A stretch of 64,000 bases of DNA from Octopus sinensis (lineage: Eukaryota), in assembly GCF_006345805.1 (NCBI RefSeq), contig NC_043010.1:20770001-20834000 (forward strand), read 5' to 3'. The notes under the pieces were generated by a model, which saw only the letters and a program-made list of their open reading frames with translations, did no database searches and had not been told where the DNA came from. The position numbers were made by a program, and so were the translations under genes. Shown one piece after another: positions 14,791 to 27,535 of this stretch; position 1 is the first letter of the stretch; every line of letters starts with the position of its first letter.

Positions 14791-15118
14791 GACGCACAAA
14801 CATTCATACGGAGTTATCTTGAGAAGAATTTGTATGGTAAGGTTTTCATGGAACGAAGACCATCATCAAATTCACACAAATGTACAATACGAATATTTCT
14901 AGAATGTAAACGCATACACACACGCGTTGATCCGTTAAGAAGAACGGAAGTTTTTATTCCTTAGCAAGTAATCTCCAATCAGAAGTGCACGCGCACGCTG
15001 ACACGAAGTAAATCGATCAATGATCTGATTTATACAATAAGTACTCCGAATGTTCGATTAACTGAAATGTCCATTCCTCGAATTAGGTATAAATTGCTGG
15101 GTATCCCTAACGTGTACC

Positions 15119-15349
15119 TATTTCTTTACTACTCTCAAGGGGCTAAACACAGAAAGGACAAACAAGGACGGACAAACGGATTAAGTCAATTATATTGACC
15201 CCAGTGCGTAACTGGTACTTATTTAATCGATTCCGAAAGGATGAAAGGCAAAGTCGACCTCGGCGGAATTTGAACTCAGAACGTAACGGCAGACGGAATA
15301 CCATTAAGCATTTCGCCCGGCGTGCTAACGTTTCTGCCAGCTCGCCGTG
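15119..15349 (-). mobile_element. SINE family A, tail type 1, 15-bp TSD
   Basis: tccctaacgtgtacc at 15104-15118 and 15350-15364. Confidence 0.92.
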
Positions 15350-15399
15350 TCCCTAACGTGTACCCTTAATGTAATTTTCAGGCAGAATCCGAGTGGTAA

Positions 15400-15760
15400 T
15401 AAGACTGGTCCTTTGAATTCGGGGTATAACAGGCATAACGGGGTACGTGGCATTCCGTCGGTTTCGACGATGAGCGTTCCAGTTGATTCGATCAACGGAA
15501 TAGTCTGCTCATGAAATTAACGACCAAGTGGCTGAGTACTCCACAGAAACGTGTAACCTTAACGTAGTTCTCAGGAAGATTCAGCATGACATGGATGTGT
15601 CAAGGCTGGCTCTTTGAAATACAGGTACAACTTATATTTGCCAGCTGTGGGACTGGAGCAACGTGAAATAAAGTGTCTTGCTCAAGGACACAACGCATCG
15701 CTGGGAATCGAACTCACAACCTTACGACCGTGAGTCGAATGCCCTAACCACGAAGCTGCA
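15400..15760 (-). mobile_element. SINE family C
   Basis: Colinear with 3880-4220. Confidence 0.75.
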
Positions 15761-18249
15761 TGGTTTCACAACGGGGTATAGTCTTTAACGGTGTATTGTC
15801 CACTTTGAAGGACTTTCACTGTCTCTGTCCCTTAACACAATCTGGGATTAGACTGAGTGTGACAGCGTGTGACAAGACTAAGTCTTTGAACCATCGCTGC
15901 TGTCCATCCGATGAGCTTCAGTACAGTTTCCATCTTCCCTCAATCTCGATCTCGATGTTTGACTGGATCAGAAGCTTTGGTCGAAGCTATTCCTTTACTT
16001 AGTCTTTCTTCATTTGTTTGTTTGTTTCTTTCGTTCGTTCGTTCTTTCGTTCTTTCGTTCTTTCGTTCCCTCATTCACTCACAATAACCAGAAAACCGTC
16101 CTTAGGCGTCTGTTGCACGTCGACTTACTAACCTCCATTTTCCATTGTTGTTTACCTAAGAGAAAAATAAAAGTTTATTACTTTCCCGCCAACACTTTAA
16201 ACAAGTATCAAGCGGTTTTTTTATGTCTCTCTCTCTCCCTCGCCCTCTATCTCATTCTCTCTGTCTGGCGCTGGAGTTGGAGCTGGGGGTGAGGATGGGG
16301 AACACACTGCACAGTGTTTTTGTTCGATTACATTAACGTTAGCCTTGTCACAGTCCAAATATGACATCGTTTGTTGTGCAACTTGTGTAACTTTGTTGTG
16401 CAACTTACAAATGTCAAGTTCACAGCAAGATCCACTTGGTTTGGCTATAAGCCAGCCTGAGCCAGATGTAAAGTAGCGCACGTGGGACGGGTAGCGTTTA
16501 ATACAAAGAGGCCTTGACTCGAAATACATACAAACATATATATATCTTATCTTTTATCTGTTACTTGTTTCAGTCATTAGACTGCGGCTATGCTCGGGCA
16601 CTGCCTTGAAGAATTCTTAGTCGAAGGGATCGACACCGGCATATATTTTATATAAGACTGGTACTTATTTTATCGGTCTCTTTTGGAGAACTACTAAGTT
16701 ACGGGGACGCAAACACGCGACACCGGTTGTCAAGGATATAGTGGGAGGCACTCCATCGTAGTGTCACCTAGTGGGACTGAACCCAGAACCTTACAACACA
16801 ACCACGTCTGTACGTATATATGAAAATATTAATTGCTTCATCCTGTGATTATTTTAGCAAGGCTGTACTCAATTGTTTTCGTACATTAATTAAGGACATA
16901 TCTTAATTAATGACACAAATTAATTGATTGTCATAGCCAATTGCCATTCGAATTAGAAAATGGTAACGTGTAAGAATGAAATGGCAGAAGAGTGTTAGAA
17001 GAATTCTTGGTGCAAACGTATTTTTCTCATATTCACCCTCAGAAATAATGGTTCCTGATTTAGCTATAAGGTCAGCGATTTTGAGATGAGTGGTTATTCG
17101 ACGCTGTCGATCTCACTACTTCACGAGAACTTTACTTTATCGACCCCGAAAGAATAAAAGGCAAAATTAAACTCGGCGCGATTTGAACTCAGAACATGAA
17201 AAACCGGAATAAAATGCAAAGCATTTTATCCGATGTTCTCACGATACTGCCGGTTCGCTGCTTCCACCATTTTGGAATAATGATTTTTCTATAATGCCAT
17301 GAGCACTTAAAATCTTTGGCGGAGTCTTAGGGATGCAGCTGTGGCAGATGGGTATATATTGGGCTTATCTATTTAGAGGCAGCGGAACCTAATCTTACCA
17401 TCTGAGGGGGACATGATCGATTTATTCCTGAGATGAAAGAAACAGACATGCAAAAAAAAAAAAAAAAAAAAAAGGAAAGAGTTAGAGAAGAATCGATTCA
17501 AGGACACGATATGTACTTTATTTACCAGCAGCAAGAGGTTGGAAAACAAAAATTTACCTTTATCGGATTCGCACTCAGAAAGTTGGAACGATTAACGCAA
17601 AGGAATATAGTTGGCGATCTCAAGACGCTGCCAATTGGCCGCCTTAATTCTTGCGCTCATAAATAGGTTATTGGAATTCTTGTTCCCTGGCCAAACTCAT
17701 TAACTTTATTTAAGTTTTGCAATAGTATTTCAGTATACCTACCCCACCCAATTGCTTCCGTCTACATTGGGATGCTCAGATCTCCACTGCTTTGTCTTTT
17801 CCAAGAAAGAAATTCCAAGTACAAAACCACAGTGCCTTGTTAGTGCCTTGAGAAAGGAAAAGGCTGGAGGACACAACATCGACAGTAAATCAAGAGTGGA
17901 GTCCCTTAGGCAGTCCGGTGCCATATTTGACACCCCTTCGTCAACTCGAGAGTAGATGGAGCTCTCCAGCCCTGTAAAGAAGTTCACCTAGAAGAAGGCC
18001 ACTCCTACGTAAAACCTACATCTTAATGGTCACCGCAACCGTCTTAGTCCATTAAGCCATTGCAGTCAGAACTCCAAGTCTAAAAAGTGGGGTCCGATTG
18101 CATGGATTGACTCTCTCTAAAGCTACAAAGCGGAGCAGGAAGAAAAACCTTGCAGTACAAAGGATCAGTTTCCACAGTAATTCGAGGGCGTGCTATCGTT
18201 CCTCATGATCTTCGGTCACGAAGAAACTGTCATTATTACAGATAACATA

Positions 18250-18845
18250 AAGCGGCGAGCAGGCAGAAACGTTAGCACGTCGGGCGAAATGCTTAGCGGG
18301 ATTTCGTCTGTCGCTACGTTCTGAGTTCAAATTCCGCCGAGGTCAACTTTGCCTTTCATCCATTCGGGGTCGATAAATTAAGTACCAGTTACACACTGGG
18401 GTCGATGTAATCGACTTAGTCCATTTGTCTGTCCTTGCTTGTCCCCTCTGTGTTTAGCCCCTTGTGGGTAGTAAAGAAATAGATATTTCGTCTGCCGTTA
18501 TGTTCCGAGTTTAAATTCCACCGAGGTCGACTTTGCCTTTCATCCTTTCGGGGTCGATTAAATAAGAATCAGTTACGCACTGGAGTCGTCTACGTAGTCG
18601 ACTTAACCCCATCCTCCAAATCTGAGGCCTTGTGCATCCAGTAGAAAGAATCGTTAGCACGTCGGGCGAAATATTTAGCGGTATTTCCTCTGCCGCTGCG
18701 TTCTGTGTTCGAATTCTACCGAGGTCAACTTTGCCTTTCATCCTTTCGGGGTCGATAAATTAAATACCAGTGAAACACTGGGGTCGATTTAATCGACTAG
18801 TCCCTTCCCCCCAAATTTCAGGCTTTGTGCCCTTAGTAGAAAGGG
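18250..18845 (+). mobile_element. SINE A trimer mixing tail type 1 and tail type 2
   Basis: Three gttc(a/g)aatt..cgaggtc cores; junctions aaagaaata|gatatttcgtctg and gtagaa|agaatcgttagc. Confidence 0.88.
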
Positions 18846-19189
18846 TTACTACCGATAACGTAATACTAAGTAGTCAGCCTCAAATCAAAACGGAATTCTT
18901 AAACAAGTCATAAACAATTTATTGTGTACAAATCTCCATTTTAACTTTATGCTGTTAAAGCAACAACCACAACACTAATAATAACATAATTTAAATTTAT
19001 ATAGTCACCTTTTCAACGCTCGTCTACAATGACAAATCTATATTACTAAAAGAACATTGTGTTTATGCTTGGCACACTTGCACATTGACCTTCAACAATA
19101 GTATGATCATAATTCGCCATTGACAGTTTTTCTCAATGACCTGTGCGCGCGGGTTTGAATATGTGTGAGAGTATGCGTGTGTGTGTGTA

Positions 19190-19227
<38 letters not shown>

Positions 19228-19867
19228 TGAATAGGTGAATGTGGGAAGGCGGGTTGCTAAAACACCTCAAACAATACACTGCTACGGTGCGTTCTCCCGT
19301 CCGCCGCCCCCGATAGAGAAGCTTTAAAAACTTGTCTTGTTTAAAATGTTGCCTGGGAAGCAACAGAAACAAAATCAGAGATTTCAGAGTAAACATAAAT
19401 AAATCAAAATCAAAATTAAAAACAAAAAAAAACCCAGCACCGACACCTAAGCAGTGTTTCTTCTTCTTCTTCTTCTTCTTCTTCTTCTTCTTCTTCTTCT
19501 TCTTCTTCTTCTTCTGATTATAGTGAATGAATGAAAGAAAAACAAGATAAAGAATAAAGAAAAGAAGGAATTAATAACTGAACGCATGAATGAATTGGTT
19601 GATACCTTTTACCAAAGCCGGAGCTCTATCCAAGTTTTGTGACTGGATTCGTATTGACGGAAATTGTAAAGAAGCCTGTCAAATGGACTGCATCCATAAC
19701 TCAGAGACCAAGTCCTCTCTCACAGCGAGTTTGTCACAGTGACCCCGCATGGGGATTGTGATAATGGCCGTCTGAAATTTGAACTAGAAGCCAACCGGTT
19801 GATCAGTCAAGTAGTGCACGTGGCGTGGAAATTTTTGACACTTCACAATAGGTGGTATTGTTTTGAA

Positions 19868-20245
19868 GTGGAGGCGTAATGGCCCAGTGGTTAGGGCAGC
19901 GGACTCGCGGTCGTAGGATCGCGGTTTCGATTCCCAGACCGGCCGTTGTGAGTGTTTATTGAACGAAAACACCTAAAGCTCCACGAGGCTCCGGCAGAGG
20001 ATGGTGGTGATCCCTGTTGTACTCTTTCACCACAACTTTCTCTCACTCTTACTGTTTCTGTTGTACCTGTATTTCAAAGGGCCGGCCTTGTCACTCTCTG
20101 TGTCACGCTGAATATCCCCTAGAACTACGTTAAGGGTACACGTGTCTGTGGAGTGCTCAGCCACTTACACGTTAATTTCACGAGCAGGCTGTTCCGTTGT
20201 TCGGATCAACCGGAACCCTCATCGTCGTAACCGACGGAGTGCTTC
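19868..20245 (+). mobile_element. SINE family C with tRNA-like head
   Basis: A box tggcccagtggtt and B box gtttcgattccc, followed by the shared family C body. Confidence 0.82.
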
Positions 20246-20514
20246 TAATAATTGTTTTGAAACACACTAAAAAAGCTAGCTCGCTGGCAGAGACGTTAAC
20301 ACGCCAGAAAAACGCTTAGCGACGCTTCATCCGTCTTTACATATGATTCTGGGGTCAATAAAGTAAAGATACAGTCAAGTATCGGAGTCAATGAACTCAA
20401 CTTGCTTCCCCTCCTGGAAACTGCTGGCTTTGTGTCAAAGTTTGAAACTATAATCAAGAGACAAACGAAATGTGCGTATGTTGTACAGTAGTTTAAATGA
20501 CTCTTCCACGATGT

Positions 20515-20810
20515 TAAAAAGAACGAAAGGTAAAGCTGACCTCAGCGGGCGGAATTTGAACTCAGAACGTAGCAGCAGACGAAATACCTATTTCTTTACT
20601 ACCTACAAGGGGCTAAACACAGAGAGGATAAACAAGGACAGACAAACGGGTTAAGTCGATTATATCGACACCAGTGCGTAACTGGTACTTATTTAATCGA
20701 CCCAATGAAAGGCAAAGTCGACCTCGGCGGAATTTGAACTCAGAACGTAACGGCAGACGAGATCCCGCTATGCATTTCGCTCGGCGTGCTAACGACTCTC
20801 CAGCTCACTG
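20515..20810 (-). mobile_element. SINE A dimer
   Basis: Two cores joined at gacgaaatacc|tatttctttact. Confidence 0.8.
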
Positions 20811-20812
20811 CT

Positions 20813-20869
<57 letters not shown>

Positions 20870-22290
20870 ACACACAAATGAAAGAGAAAATAAAAAAAGA
20901 ATATTATAGACGAGTTAGATCAATACTAAAAACAGAGCTCAATGCTAAAAACAAGATAATAGGTATCAACACTTTAGCTGTCCCAGTTATAAGTTACAGC
21001 TACAATATCCTTAACTGGACACGAAATGAACTGTCCAAAATAGATAGGAAAACAAGAAAAATACTGACAGGATCTAGGATGCATCACCCAAAATCTGACA
21101 TAGAAAGACTATATATACAACGTATAGAAGGTGGTAGAGGCCTTATACAGCTGGAAAACTACTATAAAATAACCACCATAGGACTGCAAAAATATCTACT
21201 TCAGAAGGAAGGAAAACTGATCCAGATAGCAGCAAAATACGAGCAAAACAAAAAACTGTTCTCAGTATTTAAGGAAGCTGACAAATACAAACAAGAAATC
21301 ATACCACCTAATAAACACGAAGAAGAAGAAGAAGAAGATGATGAAGAAACAACAAAAGCTATAAAACAAATGAAATCCAAACTAAAAATAGAACAGCAAC
21401 GAACCATGATAAAACGATGGCAAGAAAAGCCCCTTCATGGTAAATACTGCACTAAACTAAACGCAAAAGAAATAGACAAAGAAAAATCCCAGCAATGGTT
21501 GAGAAGCTCAGGACTCAAAGCAGAAACAGAGGGATTTTTAATTGCAGCACAAGACCAAAGCCTCCCCACCAGAAATTACCAAAAACATGTAATGAAAAGA
21601 AATATTACAAGTAACTGCAGAATATGTGGAGATGGGCAAGAAACAATAAATCATATTATCTCTAGCTGCCCAGTCCTGGCTAAGAAGGAATATATCCACA
21701 GACATGACAGAGTTGGAACCTACATACATTGGAAGCTATGCCAACATTATGGAATAACATCAGAAAAAAGATGGTATAGGCACACACCAGAAAAGGTCAC
21801 AGAAAACGAGAAAGCAACCATACTCTGGGATATGCCGATACACACAGATAGAGAAATTAAGGCCAACAGACCAGATATAGTTGTCAGAGATCATGAAGAA
21901 AAAAAATGCTTTCTAATTGATGTATCAATACCGGCAGATGACAACGTGTCTCTAAAAGAAATGGAGAAACTCTCAAAATACAAAGACCTGGAAATAGAGG
22001 TAACTAGAATGTGGAATCTGAAAACAGAAACAATTCCTATCATAGTAGGTGCATTAGGCATGATAAAAAAATATTCAGACAAATACATAACAAAAACACC
22101 AGGACTTACAAACACATATAACATACAGAAAATTGCACTACTAGGCACTGCACACATCCTACGCAGAACACTTTCCATACAATAACCATCAGAGCATCAC
22201 AACAAATCACAGCACATACCCAAGGCACACAGAGCTGCGCTCGGTAGTGAAGTGAAAGCACGCTATAAAAATAAAACTACTGAATAATGA
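20870..22290 (+). mobile_element. Young 5'-truncated Dong/R4 LINE in (AAT)n; intact 435-codon frame (20878-22185)
   Basis: RT thumb (RMHHPKSDIERLY..GGRGL), CCHC knuckle (CRICGDGQETINHIISSC), restriction-like endonuclease (RHD, ANRPDIVV, LIDVSIP, KLSKYKDL); flanked by (AAT)n on both sides. Dong elements are known to target (TAA)n. Confidence 0.93.
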
Positions 22291-22779
22291 TAATAATAAT
22301 AATAATTATAATGGTGATGATGATGATGATGATGATGATGACGATCGTAAGGGTTTAGGTCTGTATATTTCTCAACATACTCCCATGTGCACGATGAGAT
22401 AAACTGTGATAATATTCGCACTACGATTGCGTTTGACCAGATTTGAGAAACAAAAGGCCAGAAATAAGTACCTGCTGTGTTACTGGTGTGAGCGAGGGTA
22501 GCGGCGCGACTCGTTGAAGACTGCGGTTATCAACTATTCAATGGGGAAGTAGGAAGTGGTTCGGTCTGAAATTCCAAAAGGAAAACATTTGAATATGCGT
22601 AGCAGGGTAAAATTTGTTCTTTTTCTATATTTAGTTTAAAGTACTACGGGTGGTAAAAAATCGAACTGCACTCAGTCGTAGACTGGATTATGGCCTTGTT
22701 TTCTAGGCCTCTCTTCCACCATCGGGGCCATCGAACGGTCTTCCTGTCGTAGTGGTTTAGCGCTCTCGTCTTAGCACAA

Positions 22780-23070
22780 GCAACACATCCTTCGTCTACG
22801 ATGTATGCAAACTCCGTCTATAAGCCTCTTTTAAACAGTTCAAAAGCACCTTCTTTATTCTTGTATTCTCTACAACAACATATTTGTGCTATATCCAGTC
22901 GATGCTACTCTACATTTTACTGATGTAGGTTCCTGTAAATTCCAGCTTGATTAGTTTGATAATCCTGCCCCTAAAATCATCTGATCAGAAAAAGATACGT
23001 TCAGCTTCCAACATCCATGTCCTTGTATATTGTCTGTTATAAGTTGATTGCACAAGCCACGAAATTATGA
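22780..23070 (-). mobile_element. Tx1/L1 ORF2 remnant (post-endonuclease region)
   Basis: Minus strand GHGCWKLNVS..DFRGRIIKLIK, frameshifted. Confidence 0.5.
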
Positions 23071-23081
23071 TCCGTGTAAGC

Positions 23082-23463
23082 TAGTGGCGGACTGGTCAGG
23101 TTGCCAGCTTGCCCGATGGCAAATGGACCCCTGTTTCATTAGAATCCATATATGGTGACCCATGTTAGTATTCCCTCAAGTTTGAGAATTTTTTTATTCA
23201 CTCCTGGAAGAATGCACTAATTATTTCATCTGGCTGGGTTTGTAAACAGTTACTCCTTTACTCTTTTACTTGTTTCAGTCATTTGACTGTGGCCATGCTA
23301 GAGCACCGCCTTTTCGTTGAGCAAATAAACCCCAGGACTTATTCTTTCTAAGCCTAGTACTTCTTCTATCGGTCCCTTTCGCCGAACCGTTAGGTTACGG
23401 GGGCGTAAACACACCAACATCGGTTGTCAAGCGATGTTGTGGGGCCAAACCCAGACACACAAA

Positions 23464-23545
<82 letters not shown>

Positions 23546-23822
23546 TATATACGACAAGCTTCTTTCAGTTTCCGCCTACCAAATCCACTCACAGGGCTTT
23601 GGTCGGCCCGAGGTTATAGTAGAAGACACTTGCCCGGAACAATGTGGTTGGTAAGTAAGCTACTTGCAGCCACTCCTACGCCTAGTTGAAAATAATACTT
23701 TAAAAAGATAAATAAATTATAGTATTGTAGTTGCCGTTGGGTCCCCTTGTAGTTGCGGGGGCCCTCTTATAGTTGCGGGTGGGCTCCCTTAGTCTCCTAT
23801 TTTTAGACCCAGCCCTCCACTG
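23082..23822. mobile_element. hAT-like MITE carrying a nested SINE B (about 23255-23690, -)
   Basis: Imperfect TIRs tagtggcggactgg / ccagccctccactg; flanks cgtgtaagc / cgtgtagc resemble an 8-bp TSD; internal repeats of about 21 bp at 23725-23790. Confidence 0.6.
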
Positions 23823-26104
23823 CGTGTAGCCATGAAATAGTGGAAAATAACTTTATAACACAGGCAGAAGGCTATAAAGTTGTGGGTGGTAGCTTAGTAA
23901 TTAAATCGAACAAGTACTTGACTGTTTTTTTTTTATCATAACTACAGTGGAATGACGAAAGGTCTGAGATGTTACAGGAAGAATGCCTTCATTCTTCTCG
24001 CTATTTCCAAATCATTTCGTAACCCAGTGATAGATTTGTCAGTATGATATGACTTGTCAAACCAGACATGGCTTTCACGTTAAAGATACAATTGTTTTCT
24101 AGAAATGTGCGCGCGCATGCATACAGGTATGCACACATAGACATACGCACACACATGCACACACATGGACACACACATGCCAATATTACATATCTATCTA
24201 TCTACCTATCTATCTATCTATATATCTATCTATCTATCTATAACTACCTACATGTATATATGTGTGTGTGTGAATACACACACACATATATATATATACA
24301 TATTCATATATATATATGTATATATATATACATATATATATGGTGGTTGCCCCCTCGTTATCAAGTATGGCCATTGCACGAAGCTTAATCAATGTTGTTA
24401 TCGTGCAATGCCTGTGCAAGAAGATTTTTTAAAGTGAGGAAAGGGTGTGCACTGAGTCAATCCCACTCACTAAGCAACAGCAGCCATAATCCGAAAAGAA
24501 GAACAAGTCAACATCATCGGTAACCACTGAGCCGCACGTTTTATGTCGGAGTTATCCCAGTTACCTGAGTTACCTTCTTCTAGAAGGATGCCCTAACAAA
24601 GGCTAGGAGTCCTTCACTCCCAATGGTTTAACCGCGCGATCGGGTATTCAGTCCGATTATTTCTATGTCCCCGCGCATGATACAGTCTTTAGACATTTAT
24701 TGGATGGCCGTTGACTCTCAAGAGTTCCTCCGCCCTTTGATGGGTTTTGTTTTTCATCTCGCTGGGTGTCCAAAAAACATCCTCCTCACCAAGCAAGTTT
24801 GGTGGGGTTGCCGGTTTAGTCGCCGACGGCCCGACCATGCAACAGGTTGTACTGGGTTACATGTTACCAGTAGCACTCGAAAGTGACCTGACACAAATAT
24901 ATATATATATATATACATATGTATATACATATATACATACATGCATATATATATATATACATACACACACTACACACACGCATATATGTATACATACACA
25001 CATACACGTATATACTTTCATTTGAAAATGTATACTACAAAGCTTCCTGTTTATACCATCATGTATAAAATACACAGCTTTATTTTGAGATTGCTAATGT
25101 TAACAATACTCGCAAATGAAATACAGACTGGAGTTGTAGTGCTCCAAGTGAGCTATATTCCACTTAATAATCTCAATGGAGGCAATACAAGCAGGAACTA
25201 GAGGACCATAATTAATAAACACGTTCGAAAATCAAATGCATACATATATCTTCTATATTTATAAAACGGAAATAAAAATTCCAAATATATAAATATAAAG
25301 ATACACGTAAAGTAGATAAATATTGATGTGATACATAAAACATAGTGAATTTACATTTAAAAGTTATAATATATTGGTGTAATAAAAATTTGAGATGATA
25401 AAGTATCAAAAGGACGTACAAAAATACCACGAAAGTAATTCAAAAATTTAAAAGTTTAAAAGTTCCATCTACGGACCGTTTCAGGGACGTGCCAAGTAAT
25501 ATGATATATTTCATATTTTTAAAACTGACACTCTCTTCATCATGTATATAGCAATAGCGCCAACAACAACAACAACAACAACAACAACAGCGCCAATAAC
25601 GCCAACAACAACAACAACAATGTTTTTATTAGCCACAGGGTCTCAACAGGTACAATAGATTACAATAAACATCAAAGACACGAATTTTACAACACGTGAA
25701 GTGTTGGACAAAGTTATTATATAAAAAGCTTGATCAGAGAGGACAGTATTCAGTAGACAGATAATTAATTGAATATAAACAAGTATAAAATAATAAAAAA
25801 GGCAATAATTAAAACAAGATCTAATTTCAATTTATATACCATATAAAACAATTAAGGTTTCGCACGCAATAAAGCTCTGGCTAAATTGGGTCGAATTAAT
25901 CCACAACACGCCCTTCAGCTATTCCTCTTACAGATCTCTGGGGGGTGGGAGGGGTACCCGAAGACACTTGCTGGAATACTTTGGCTAGGGCAATTTAGGA
26001 GTCTCATTCCGTTTTCTGGTTCTCTTTGTTTCACAACAATTTGTCTCATAACCGCAGCCGCAGCGCTTTACTAATCTCTTTCTGTCATTGGCTTACTCTT
26101 TGCT

Positions 26105-26324
26105 CTTTTTACTCTTTTACTTCTTTCAGTCATTTGACTGTGACTATACTGGAGCACCGCCTTTAGTCGAGCAAATCGACCCCAGGACTTATTCTTTGTA
26201 AACCTAGTACTTATTCTGTCGGTCTCTTTTGCCGAACCGCAAAGTTATGGGGACGTAAACGCACCAGCATCGGTTATCAAGCGATGTTGGGGGAACAAAC
26301 ACAGACACAAAAAACATATACACA

Positions 26325-26392
<68 letters not shown>

Positions 26393-26560
26393 AATATACG
26401 ACGGGCTTCTTTCAGTTTCCGTCTACCAAATCTGCTCACAAGGCTTTGGTCGGCTCGAGGTTATAGTAGAAGACACTTGCCCAAGGTGCTTCGCAGTGGG
26501 ACTGAACCCGGAACCATGTGGTAGGTAAGCAAGCTACTTACCACGCAGCCACTCCTATTG
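26105..26560 (-). mobile_element. SINE family B, near full length
   Basis: Matches 32595-33010 and 53995-54450. Confidence 0.85.
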
Positions 26561-26899
26561 TTTATAATTCGCATCTTTAAAAGACTCTTCGCAAAATATT
26601 TCATTAATAAACTCGTAAGACGCTTTAAAAAACGTTTTTCTCTTTCTTTCTCGCAATCCAGTTCTCTGCTGGGCAATTCGTGGCATTTTCCTGGGGAGGT
26701 GGTGTCTCTCCAAACAATTCAATGCTCTTTTTGAGTACATTATCTTTTTTTCCTTGAGATCATTTTGTTTTATCGATGGTTTATACATCTGGCCCTCCTA
26801 TATCTATTCATACACCACACTGGAAGATAGGACGATGCTACCAATTGTTACGGCTGGGGACGGGGTACCCAACCGAGATTGTTGCCAAGATTGGACATG

Positions 26900-27535
26900 A
26901 GATCACCTAATGGTTCTCTGGCAAAAGCTGGCTGGTACTCCGTCGGTTACGACGACGAGTGTTCCAGTTGGCTGGATCAACGGAACAGCCTGCTCGAGAA
27001 ATTAACATGCAAGTGGCTGAGTATTCCACAGACACAAGAATCCTTAAAGTATTTCTCGGGGAGTTTTAGCGTGATACACAGAATGTAACAAAGCTGGCCC
27101 CTTTGAATTACAGGTACAACTCATTTTTGCCCGCTGAGTGGAATGGAGCAACGCGAAACAAAGTGTCTTACTCAGGGACACAACGTGTCGCCGGGAATTG
27201 AATTCATGACCTTACGATCGAGAGCCGAATACCTATTTCTTTACTACCCACAAGGGGCTAAACACAGAGAGGAAAAACAAGGACAGACAAACGGATTAAG
27301 TCAATTATATCGACCCCAGTGTGTAACTGGTACTTATTTAATCGACCCCGAAAGGATGAAAGGCAAAGTCGACCTCGGCGGAATTTGAACTCGGAACGTA
27401 GCGGCAGACAAAATACCGCAAAGTATTTCGCCCGGCGTGCTAACGTTCCTGCCAGCTCGCCGCCTTTTTTTTTTTCAATGATCCTCCTTCCCACATACCT
27501 CGGAGCCGAATACCCTTACCACCAAGCTACGCACC
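26900..27535 (-). mobile_element. SINE C whose head is interrupted by a SINE A copy (27234-27466)
   Basis: 12-bp TSD gagccgaatacc at 27222-27233 and 27503-27514; the rest of the SINE C head follows at 27515-27535. Confidence 0.85.

Noticed and set aside
14385-14964. Overlapping Tyr/Ile/His/Met-rich ORFs (also near 6.5-7, 12.2, 24, 29, 46, 50 and 54 kb)
   Set aside because: Translations of microsatellites.
17739-18240. Coding-like segment, possibly an RNase H remnant
   Set aside because: Similarity too weak; stops in all frames.
19868-19945. tRNA gene
   Set aside because: A and B boxes are present, but there is no proper acceptor stem and it continues into a SINE body found in multiple copies.
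20674-20877. N-terminal part of the 503-aa ORF
   Set aside because: It starts at a GTG inside a SINE and runs through (AAT)n poly-Asn; only 20878 onward is Dong coding sequence.
24550-24660. Possible HDV-like ribozyme in an RTE-like 5' UTR
   Set aside because: I could not build P1/P2/P3/P1.1 pairings by eye; it needs a covariance search.
25455-25500. Possible antisense hammerhead (GAAACGGUC)
   Set aside because: No CUGANGA core at the required distance.
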